Shown: in pieces, positions 8,105 through 15,343 of the stretch
Layout of the letters: each line of letters begins with the position of its first letter
How positions within the stretch are numbered: the stretch's first letter is position 1
Assembly: GCF_000017945.1 (NCBI RefSeq)
Contig: NC_009776.1
Span: 1,170,001-1,202,000, forward strand
DNA: 32,000 nt
Source: Ignicoccus hospitalis KIN4/I
GTDB lineage: Archaea > Thermoproteota > Thermoprotei_A > Sulfolobales > Ignicoccaceae
Reading direction: 5' to 3'
Translations under genes and position numbers: made by a program
The notes under the pieces: generated by a model
Seen by the model: only the letters and a program-made list of their open reading frames with translations
Databases searched by the model: none
Told to the model about the DNA's origin: nothing

Positions 8105-9034
8105 GTGATAAGCGTGGTAAAGAAGGTGTTCCACTTTATGGGCAAGGGGGGCGTCGGGAAGACTACCTCCGCGGCGACCCAAGCGTCACTCTTAAGCGAG
8201 AGGGGGAAGACCTTGATAGTTTCCTTAGACCCGGCCCACAACTTGGGCGACGTGTTGGGCGCGAAGGTGGGGGAAGAGCCCGAAGAGGTGGCCCCCAACC
8301 TGTACGCCGCGGAGCCGAACGTAGACAGAATAATTTCATCGTTCGTGAAGAGGGTCGTCGAGGAATTGCAAGACCACTACAAGTACCTAAAGGTATACAA
8401 CCTAGATAATGTCTTGAGGGTGTTGGAGTACACCCCAGGCGTCGAGGAGCAAGCCCTATTAGAAGCGCTCGCTAAGTTCATGAACTTAGAGGTCTTCGAC
8501 TACTTAGTAATAGACCACGCGCCCACGGGCCTCTCGGTCAGAGTGCTCTTATTGCCGGAAATAATGGAAGGGTGGTTAGAGAGGCTAATAGAGCTCCGGA
8601 AGCAGATAATCAAGAGGAGAAAGATCTTAGGTGACGACGAAGAAGATCAAGTACTAAACATACTGTTGGAGGAGTTGGAGAAGAATAAGAAATTGAAAGA
8701 GCTCTTGAAGGACCCAGAGAGAAGTTCGGTCATAGTGGTCCTAAACCCCGAGGAGATGCCATTCTTGGAGGCGAAGAGGATAAAGGACACCTTGGCCGAT
8801 TTCGGAATACCCCTCTGCGGCGTGGTGGTCAACAAAATAGTGTCCGAGCGTCACGAGGACAGCATAGTGAGGTCTATTATGGAGGAACAGAAGAGGTGGC
8901 TATCAAGGATTAACGAGGAGTTCAAAGATTATAAAATAATAAGGGTACCGTACTTGGTACCCCCGCCCAAGGGGCTGGAGACCTTGAAGAAGGTAGGACG
9001 CGAGGTGTGGGGAGGCGCGCTTTGCTGTTCATGA
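8105..9034 (+). CDS. ArsA/Get3-family P-loop ATPase (single-domain archaeal type)
   Basis: Deviant Walker A GKGGVGKTT, the ArsA/Get3 signature DPAHNL, and a switch II-like segment VIDHAPTGLSVRVLLLPE. Length 309 aa. Confidence 0.8.
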   Translation: MISVVKKVFHFMGKGGVGKTTSAATQASLLSERGKTLIVSLDPAHNLGDVLGAKVGEEPEEVAPNLYAAEPNVDRIISSFVKRVVEELQDHYKYLKVYNLDNVLRVLEYTPGVEEQALLEALAKFMNLEVFDYLVIDHAPTGLSVRVLLLPEIMEGWLERLIELRKQIIKRRKILGDDEEDQVLNILLEELEKNKKLKELLKDPERSSVIVVLNPEEMPFLEAKRIKDTLADFGIPLCGVVVNKIVSERHEDSIVRSIMEEQKRWLSRINEEFKDYKIIRVPYLVPPPKGLETLKKVGREVWGGALCCS

Positions 9035-9618
9035 TGCTGCTCGTCTTCGCGTTGGCCGGAGCCACCACGTACCAGTTCTTCAGAGGACGGAAGCAGAACT
9101 TAATCTTAATGAGAGAATACGTGCGAGAGCTGGAGAGGGCTCTAAAGCCCGTCGACAAGAACTACGTCCTGTTGGGCTTGTATAGCGGCTTCAGGGCGGA
9201 GTTTTTGTTAAACTTGCCGGAGGTATACAAGGCTGAGGCCTCTATAGCCTTAATGCCGAGGGAGAGCCTACTCTACTACCCGATATCCCTACTTACGTTG
9301 AAACACGACAGGTTTTACTTAGTCCTCAGACTCAATAAGAAAGTCCGCGACGAGCTCCACGCGGTGGACCCCAAGGCCCTCAAGTACAACGCCCCCGAGT
9401 TGGAAAAGAAACTGAAACACCGGATATCCGTAAACGGGAAGTCGTATTTGGTCAACGACCCCCGAGCGGGGGAGGCGTTTTCGGAACTGCTGATGCCGGA
9501 GGTCCTCCACGTCTCGTTGGTTCCCGAAACCAACGTCCTCTACCTATTCGCCAAGCCGCGCCCGGGCCTCGTAGAGAGGATAGCCTCCAAGGCCCTCAAA
9601 ACCGTTAAGGCCCTCTAA
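9031..9618 (+). CDS. Hypothetical membrane-anchored protein (N-terminal TM + ~170-aa domain)
   Basis: The track start is 9007 (GTG). The ATG at 9031 overlaps the TGA stop of the ArsA-like gene in an ATGA arrangement, which suggests translational coupling. N-terminus MMLLVFALAGATTYQFF. I recognise no motif. Confidence 0.55.
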   Translation: MMLLVFALAGATTYQFFRGRKQNLILMREYVRELERALKPVDKNYVLLGLYSGFRAEFLLNLPEVYKAEASIALMPRESLLYYPISLLTLKHDRFYLVLRLNKKVRDELHAVDPKALKYNAPELEKKLKHRISVNGKSYLVNDPRAGEAFSELLMPEVLHVSLVPETNVLYLFAKPRPGLVERIASKALKTVKAL

Positions 9619-10458
9619 GGGAGGTCCGGGCTTAGGTGGTGGAGGGTCGTAGAGGTCTGCCACTCTGGCTGCAAGGGCGTCTGCGAGGAAGGCGAATGTG
9701 AAATAAAAGTGGGTGTTGGAGAAGAGGTAGACGCTAGGAAGATGGCGTCGCTCATAATAGAGATCTTGGCCTCAGAGGAAGTAAAAGTGGTGAACGAGCC
9801 CCGGGGGAGGCTGTTGAAGGCTCTGTTGGAAGTCGCTAGGTGGATGGGGATTAAGGTGTCAGAAGCCTGAGGCCGGGGTTCCCAGTGGGCCTCACGGCGT
9901 TTCGAGCGTTCTTTATTGCTGTCTAAGCCTTCCTTTGTCGTCGCTCACACAGCCTCCCGGGCGGCGCCTCCTAGCCAACGGGTACTTTTCGAAGGAATGT
10001 TTCAACAACCTTGTTGGTTAGGTTGAGTAGCGTAACATATATTCGGATTTTGACTCTCCGCGAAGACCTTTTTAGAAGTCGTGGACGTCGTTAGCCAGTC
10101 CTTTATACCCTATGACCCGTTTCTGGGAGGACTTCACTCCTCGCTCCCCGTGGCCTTGCTAAACGGGTTACCCTTCTTTAATATCTACATCTTAGTATTA
10201 CAAATCACCAAACTTTTGTATTTACTCATTTCCTTTTTCATCTTTGCCCACATGGGAACACTCTATGTTCGAAAGCGCACCATTACTATTCACTCTCTCA
10301 GACCCCTTATATCCTTTTATGGGAACGCTGAAGATCATGGAGGGAAAGGCAGAGGAAATTTTTCTTGAATAAAGGGAAAAGCTTGGGGAATTGTAAGTTT
10401 GGGGTAGAACGCAATTCTTTTAAGGGAAAGACCTTGGAGCTTTATATGGAAGGTCTCG

Positions 10459-10564
10459 GTGGAGTCTCAAAAGAGGATAGAAAGCTTATCCCGTTTTGTC
10501 CTTGCGTTGATTATTTTGTGTCTTATAGTGGAGTCTCAATGGAGTCTCAAGAGAGGATAGAAAG
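10459..10564 (+). CRISPR. CRISPR-like mini-array: repeat - 43-nt spacer - repeat, preceded by an AT-rich leader-like region
   Basis: Repeat 1 is GTGGAGTCTCAAAAGAGGATAGAAAG (10459-10484). The spacer is 10485-10527. Repeat 2 is GTGGAGTCTCAAT+GGAGTCTCAAGAGAGGATAGAAAG (10528-10564), carrying an internal duplication of GGAGTCTCAA. The 24-nt cores differ at one position. The ATAGAAAG 3' end resembles the crenarchaeal repeat terminus (..ATTGAAAG). The upstream roughly 450 nt are AT-rich. Only two copies exist, so this call is tentative. Confidence 0.4.
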
Positions 10565-10814
10565 AAGAAGGAAGAAACAAGCCCCCGCAGAGCCACGAAC
10601 CTCAAGGGGTTGCCCGCTTGTTGGGAGAGCCTCTGAAGAGCGGAGAGGCCTGCCGGATGATCTTAGAGTGCAGCGGACTCGAAAGGCGGATGACCTCAAG
10701 ATTTCCTTACGACGAGCGTACGCCCCTGCGAGCTTCAGTTTTCGGGCGAGTTAGATAGAGAATAAGGAGTGCCTCAACTCCCCGGTCTTAAGGAATTGTG
10801 TACTTTTAGGGGGG

Positions 10815-10891
10815 TGGTGGGGCCGCGGGGATTTGAACCCCGGACTACCGCCGTGTCAGGGCGGCGTCCTTCCGGGCTAGACGACGGCCCC
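10815..10891 (-). tRNA. tRNA-Val (anticodon GAC), CCA encoded
   Basis: The reverse complement folds by hand as GGGGCCG-TC-GTCT/AGCCCGGAA/GGAC-G-CCGCC-CTGACAC-GGCGG-TAGTC-CGGGG-TTCAAAT-CCCCG-CGGCCCC-A-CCA. It has a 7-bp acceptor stem, a 5-bp anticodon stem and a T-loop TTCAAAT. Confidence 0.9.
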
Positions 10892-10907
10892 GAAGACCGG
10901 GTCGATG

Positions 10908-10979
10908 TGCCGCCGCGGGGATTCGAACCCCGGACGACCCGGTCTTCAGCCGGGCGCTCTCCCGCTGAGCTACGGCGGC
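10908..10979 (-). tRNA. tRNA-Phe (anticodon GAA), no encoded CCA
   Basis: The reverse complement folds as GCCGCCG-TA-GCTC-AGCGGGA-GAGC-G-CCCGG-CTGAAGA-CCGGG-TCGTC-CGGGG-TTCGAAT-CCCCG-CGGCGGC-A. It lies 16 nt upstream of tRNA-Val on the same strand, so co-transcription is likely. Confidence 0.9.
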
Positions 10980-11006
10980 TCCTCCGTGGGGAGGACCCAT
11001 CGTCCG

Positions 11007-11022
11007 TTAATAAGTTTTTTGC
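11007..11022 (-). promoter_or_regulatory. BRE/TATA-like promoter of the tRNA-Phe/tRNA-Val unit
   Basis: The minus-strand sense sequence is GCAAAAAACTTATTAA, located 28-43 nt upstream of the tRNA-Phe 5' end. A near-identical motif, GCAAAACTTTTAAT, sits at the same distance from tRNA-Val(UAC). Confidence 0.4.
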
Positions 11023-11067
11023 CCGGAACTAAAAATTCCTTAACTAACCGCCCCTCCTAGGGGAACC

Positions 11068-11577
11068 TTGATCTACTGGAGCGTCCCCTTCCCGGAGCTG
11101 AACTTCTCGGTCCCTTACGTCCCCACTCCGATGCACGTAGCTCGGAAGATGCTCGAACTCGCGGGGGTGGGCCCGGACGACGTGGTTTACGACCTGGGAA
11201 GCGGGGACGGCAGGATACCGATCTTAGCGGTGGAAGAGTTCGGAGCCAAGAAGGCTGTAGGCGTTGAAATAAGGAACGACTTGGTCCAGATAGCTAGGGA
11301 GGAGGTCTCCAAGAGGGGGCTCGAGGGGAGGGTAGAAATAGTTCGCGGCGACGTCTTAGAAGTGCCGGTCCACGAGGCCACCGTAGTAACCATGTTCTTG
11401 CTCCCGGACTTGATGGAAATGCTCCGAAGGAAGTTAGAGAGGGAGCTCAAGCCCGGGGCGAGGGTAGTGAGCCACGAGTACCCCATGGCCAAGTGGAGGC
11501 CCAAGAAGGTCGTCAGAATCGAGGACGAACACATGTTCCACACCCTCATACTTTACGTCGCCGGCGAGAGCTTCTGA
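11068..11577 (+). CDS. Class I SAM-dependent methyltransferase, resembles crenarchaeal protein lysine methyltransferase aKMT
   Basis: SAM motif I VVYDLGSGDGRIP. The VPYVPTP N-terminal motif, the ATVVTMFLLP and KPGARVVSHE blocks, and the roughly 165-aa size match my memory of Sulfolobus aKMT. TTG start. Confidence 0.65.
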   Translation: MIYWSVPFPELNFSVPYVPTPMHVARKMLELAGVGPDDVVYDLGSGDGRIPILAVEEFGAKKAVGVEIRNDLVQIAREEVSKRGLEGRVEIVRGDVLEVPVHEATVVTMFLLPDLMEMLRRKLERELKPGARVVSHEYPMAKWRPKKVVRIEDEHMFHTLILYVAGESF

Positions 11578-12085
11578 GCTCCCTAACTGCCTCCTTAAGG
11601 CACTTGGGGTTGAGGCTAATCGCCGGGACCGACGAGGCGTAGTCGCAGTACTCCGGACAAAAGGTCTTATGCACTAAGGGTTCTTCGACCCTCAAGATAA
11701 AGGCCAACCCCAGGGCGGCCGCCCAGCCGGAGAGCAGCAAGCCACACGGAGAGTTCGCTATCAACGCGACCGAGAGCGGAATTAGGCTCATCGAGAACTG
11801 GTTGGGGTGTCTCATACATGAGAATATGCCGTCCTTGACCAAGACGTCTGGAGGGGTGAGGAAGGGCCTCTCGCCGCTGTGTCCTCTGGCCCTCAGCGCC
11901 CTGCCCGCGGCCGCAGAGACGAGCAACGAGGTCAGCAGCAAGGGAATTCCAATAACCTCGCCCCCGACCAGCTTGAGGGTGCAGTAGACGTCCAAGAGCT
12001 TCCCGAACAAGGGGAAGGCGAAGAAGAGTAGGGCCCAGAAGGCCCCCTTCCACGCGAACTCCTTCCTCCCCTTATCTTCCCCCAA
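11546..12085 (-). CDS. Membrane methyltransferase-like protein (ICMT/phospholipid methyltransferase family)
   Basis: Hydrophobic protein with the RHP motif context GIFSCMRHPNQFSMSL, typical of the ICMT/PEMT family. The track ORF runs to 12361 but would overlap trpC antisense. The in-frame TTG at 12085 gives a 179-aa protein. Its 3' end overlaps the aKMT-like gene by 32 nt. Confidence 0.5.
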   Translation of the reverse strand: MGEDKGRKEFAWKGAFWALLFFAFPLFGKLLDVYCTLKLVGGEVIGIPLLLTSLLVSAAAGRALRARGHSGERPFLTPPDVLVKDGIFSCMRHPNQFSMSLIPLSVALIANSPCGLLLSGWAAALGLAFILRVEEPLVHKTFCPEYCDYASSVPAISLNPKCLKEAVRELRSSRRRRKV

Positions 12086-12110
12086 AGCGCCAGCACCTCT
12101 GGGGCCGCGC

Positions 12111-12875
12111 TTGCTAGAGAAGATAATTGATATCACAGTTAAGAGAGTGGAAGAGGAGCGCAAGCGGTTGGCTCTGCCCAAGAGGTTCAAGCCCGTGAGG
12201 GACTTCCGAGGGAGCTTGGAGAGGGGCGCTTTTGCTGTCATAGCGGAGTTCAAGCCCTCCTCCCCCAGCGGGGTCAAGGCGAGGTGGGGGCTGTTGGAAT
12301 ATTTGGAGAGGGTCAAGGCGGCTGACGCCCTCTCAGTGCTCACCGAGCCCCGCTTCTTCAAGGGCTCCTACTACAACTTGGCGAGGGCCGCGACGTTAAC
12401 GGACAAGCCCATATTGTTTAAAGACTTCGTGGTCGACCCCTTCCAGATCGAGGCCGCCTACGCCTTCGGAGCGGACGCGGTGTTGTTGATGATTGACGTC
12501 TTAGGAGAGGACGACCTAAAGTACATGGCTCTCAAAGCGAAGTCGCTGGGCCTCCAGACGTTGGTAGAGGTCAGCAAGCCCGAGGACGCGAGCGTTTCCG
12601 AAGAGGCGTGGGTTGATGTGTTGGGCGTGAACTCGAGAGACTTTAAGACGTTAAAAACCGACATAAAGAGGATATTTAAAGCTACAAGGTACATAGCAGA
12701 GAGGGCCTTCCCCCTAGCCGAGTCCGGGGTTAAGGGGTCGAGGGACGCTTACGAGTTGGCCCTCAGGGGCTACCGGGGAGCGTTGGTGGGGACGAGCTTG
12801 ATGGAGAGTCCCGACCCGCTGGGCTCCTTGCTGTCTATAAAGAGGGCCGGCAGCGCGGGGCTGGGCAGGATTTAG
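12111..12875 (+). CDS. trpC: Indole-3-glycerol phosphate synthase
   Basis: TrpC blocks are present: AVIAEFKPSSPSG, LTEPRFFKGS, ILFKDFVVDPFQIEAAYAFGADAVLLM, LVEV, GVNSRDFKTLKTD. No other trp genes occur in the window. Confidence 0.85.
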   Translation: MLEKIIDITVKRVEEERKRLALPKRFKPVRDFRGSLERGAFAVIAEFKPSSPSGVKARWGLLEYLERVKAADALSVLTEPRFFKGSYYNLARAATLTDKPILFKDFVVDPFQIEAAYAFGADAVLLMIDVLGEDDLKYMALKAKSLGLQTLVEVSKPEDASVSEEAWVDVLGVNSRDFKTLKTDIKRIFKATRYIAERAFPLAESGVKGSRDAYELALRGYRGALVGTSLMESPDPLGSLLSIKRAGSAGLGRI

Positions 12876-12946
12876 GGGCCCTCCCGAAGGGCGGGCCCAG
12901 AGGTAAACGTTCGTTGCCGTTCGACCCGCTCCCCCCAGACACTGTC

Positions 12947-13969
12947 ATGAAGACGGTAAACCTAAAGAAGTACTACCAAGTCGGAGGCCTCTTCGCCCCG
13001 AAGAGGGTCGTGAAGGCCGTGGACGGGGTCGACCTAAGCCTGAAGGACGAAGTCTACTGCATCGTAGGCGAGAGCGGGTGCGGGAAGAGCACCTTCGCCA
13101 GAGTTGTGGTCGGGCTGGAGGAGCCCACGGAAGGTGACGTCTTAATTAGAGTAAGGGACGAGACGGCGTCTATCTTAAAGATGATGGGAGAAAAGGTAAA
13201 GGGAAACACGGTTTCATACAAGCACTTGAGCCCCAAGGGGAAGAGGGTAGTAAAGAGAGAGATCCAGATGGTGTGGCAAGACCCCTACTCCAGCGTGGAC
13301 CCCCGGATGAAAGTGTGGGAAGCCGTCGCCGAGCCCCTAATAATTCACAAGCTGGTAAAGGACAAGAAGGAAGCGAGGGAGAGGGCGATAGAGATCTTGA
13401 AAAAGGTAAAGCTCCCGGAGGACGTAGCGGACCGCTACCCTCACCAGCTCTCGGGGGGCCAGAGGCAGAGGGTCGTGATAGCGAGGGCTCTGAGCGTCAA
13501 CCCAAAGGTAATAGTGGCCGACGAGCCGGTCTCGATGCTAGACGTATCCATAAGGGCCGAAATAATAAACTTGATGAGGCAACTCCACGAGAGCGAGGGG
13601 ACTAGCATGATAGTTATAACGCACGACTTGTCGACCACTCCTCACTTGTGCGACCGCATAGGAATAATGTACTTGGGGAGGGTGGTAGAGGAGGGACCCA
13701 CGCGCGAGGTTATAGAGGACCCCCTACACCCGTACACCAAGGCATTGCTGGCAGCAGTGCTCGAGCCCGACCCGGAGAACAGGGAGAGGGAGCTGGTCGT
13801 TCCAATAAAGGGAGAGGTCAGCAGGCCCCCGGAGAGGGGCTGTAGGTTCTGGCCCCGTTGCGTCGCCTTAGATATGCACAAGGAGTTGGAGGGGCTGTGC
13901 AAGTACGAGGAGCCGGGATACTTCGTAAAGGGCGAGAGGAAGGTCGCTTGCTGGCTCCACAAGGGCTGA
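12947..13969 (+). CDS. oppF: Opp/Dpp-family peptide ABC transporter ATP-binding protein (OppF-like)
   Basis: Walker A GESGCGKST, signature LSGGQRQR, Walker B VADEPVSMLD, and the C-terminal oligopeptide-ABC domain HPYTKALL...GCRFWPRC. The track start is the TTG at 12914. The ATG at 12947 (MKTVNLKKYY) gives a typical N-terminus. Opp and Dpp cannot be told apart here. Confidence 0.85.
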   Translation: MKTVNLKKYYQVGGLFAPKRVVKAVDGVDLSLKDEVYCIVGESGCGKSTFARVVVGLEEPTEGDVLIRVRDETASILKMMGEKVKGNTVSYKHLSPKGKRVVKREIQMVWQDPYSSVDPRMKVWEAVAEPLIIHKLVKDKKEARERAIEILKKVKLPEDVADRYPHQLSGGQRQRVVIARALSVNPKVIVADEPVSMLDVSIRAEIINLMRQLHESEGTSMIVITHDLSTTPHLCDRIGIMYLGRVVEEGPTREVIEDPLHPYTKALLAAVLEPDPENRERELVVPIKGEVSRPPERGCRFWPRCVALDMHKELEGLCKYEEPGYFVKGERKVACWLHKG

Positions 13970-13970
13970 G

Positions 13971-15215
13971 CTATCCTACCTCGAAGACTCCTAAGGTGAA
14001 GCCTATTGTCTTGTGTAGCTGGGGCAAGAACCACCTCCACCCCCTCCTCCCCCTGGGGGCCCCTACTTCCACTTCCACGGGCTCGGCGACCTCCTCGAAG
14101 AGTTCGGAGTGGGCCTCGTTCTCTTCGTACGTTATCGTACAAGTCGTGTAGATGAGCCTCGTCCCCCTCTTGGCCAAGGAGAGCATCCCCTTGATTAGTT
14201 CTCTCTGATACTCACTCATCTTGTTCTTGTTAATGAAAGGTAGTAATATCCTAGTCTCGGGGGAGCCTAGGCGACCTATCCCGCTGCAGTCCGGGTCTAG
14301 GACCACCGTGTCGAAGGCCTTACGGAAGGCCGGAAGTCGGGCATCAGAAACTACCTTCTCGACGTCGAAGGCAAACCTCCTCGGGTCGAGGTCGTTTGAT
14401 ATTACGATGAACCCTCTGTCCGATAAGTGTAGGGACTTCCCTCCCGGGGCTGCGGTCAAGTCGAGCGCCCTAACGCCCTTGGCCAAGTGAGCAACACTCA
14501 TAGAGGCCAACTCCATTATTACGACCTTCTTCGGGTGTAGCCCGCTCTTTAGGACTAGCCTCTTAGGCCCCCTTAGGTAAAGGGAGTCGTCGAAGGGGCC
14601 CTCCTCGACCTCGTAGAGGCGCTTGAGCTCCGGAACCGCCCCGGGGTCCCTTATCCTAACCCAGAAGCCCTCCGGATGGTCCAACGCGTCTACGAACTCC
14701 TTTGGATCCGTAAACTTTTTCAACTCTTCCCAAGCCCACTTCGCCACGCTCCTGTAAACCCTTTCCCTCTCCTCCCCGCCGAGCCCCGCTAGGTAGTCCT
14801 CCGGCCCCGCCTTGAGGAGCTCCTCGTACAAGTCCCTCGGAAACCTCTTGAAAGCCCACCAGAGCTTCCCCGGCTTTACCTTCCGGAACAGCGCTTGGTA
14901 AGCGATAACGACCTTAAACCAGTAGTCGAAGGAAGCCTTGGGCCTCTCGTAGCTGAGCCCGAGGGCCCTCGAGAGGAGCATCCACCTCCTGGCGACGTCA
15001 GATATCATGCCTACGAGAGCGGGCCTCACGGGGTCGGGCAGCTTGTACTTCTTGTAGGCCTTCTCCAAGTAACCCTTCAAGCTGTAGCCCTTGGAGGCCC
15101 TCGCGAGGGCCCTAGCAGCGATCACTTCCAACGGTACGGGCCGCTCGGACAACCTTCGGGCGACCGTGTACGGTCCCCAATAAGACATACTCTTATAAGT
15201 TGAGTACTCCCTCAC
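13971..15215 (-). CDS. NOL1/NOP2/Sun (RsmB-like) RNA cytosine-C5 methyltransferase
   Basis: Motifs LDLTAAPGGKSLHL, VLDPDCSGIGRL and LIYTTCTITYEENE (catalytic Cys pair). The start is either the GTG at 15215 or the ATG at 15188. AT-rich boxes upstream are compatible with either. Confidence 0.8.
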   Translation of the reverse strand: MREYSTYKSMSYWGPYTVARRLSERPVPLEVIAARALARASKGYSLKGYLEKAYKKYKLPDPVRPALVGMISDVARRWMLLSRALGLSYERPKASFDYWFKVVIAYQALFRKVKPGKLWWAFKRFPRDLYEELLKAGPEDYLAGLGGEERERVYRSVAKWAWEELKKFTDPKEFVDALDHPEGFWVRIRDPGAVPELKRLYEVEEGPFDDSLYLRGPKRLVLKSGLHPKKVVIMELASMSVAHLAKGVRALDLTAAPGGKSLHLSDRGFIVISNDLDPRRFAFDVEKVVSDARLPAFRKAFDTVVLDPDCSGIGRLGSPETRILLPFINKNKMSEYQRELIKGMLSLAKRGTRLIYTTCTITYEENEAHSELFEEVAEPVEVEVGAPRGRRGWRWFLPQLHKTIGFTLGVFEVG

Positions 15216-15343
15216 TTGTTTAAAAAATTTAGCGTTACGTTAACTAAAGTTAAGAAGCAATCAAAATTCGTAACCGAGCATTCACGCCCCTTACTGTTTT
15301 ATTTATTTTTCCGCATCTCTTTTTATATAACTGGTGGCAAGAC
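15216..15343. promoter_or_regulatory. AT-rich divergent promoter region (several TATA-like boxes)
   Basis: A 128-nt spacer between divergent genes. It contains TTTAAAAAATTT (15219-15230), TTTATTTATTTTT (about 15297-15310) and TTTATATA (15322-15329). Confidence 0.4.

Noticed and set aside
10081-10754. ORFs 10081..10368 and 10365..10754 in the non-coding gap
   Set aside because: Both have AT-biased, low-complexity translations. The second reads straight through both CRISPR-like repeats (GVSKEDRKL / GVSMESQERIERR). Neither has a recognisable motif or plausible translation-start context. I treat them as non-coding.
9619-10814. RNase P RNA or SRP (7S) RNA hidden in the 1.2-kb gap
   Set aside because: I looked for the conserved RNase P CR-I element (GAGGAAAGUCC-like) and the SRP helix-8 element (GGUCCGGAAGG/AGCA-like) on both strands and found neither. 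This cannot be excluded without a covariance-model scan.
10769-11032. 87-aa ORF containing VVGPRGFEPRTTA twice
   Set aside because: It is the plus-strand translation across the antisense of tRNA-Val and tRNA-Phe. The repeated peptide is simply the T-arm sequence. ORF 22024..22248 across tRNA-Val(UAC) shows the same artefact.
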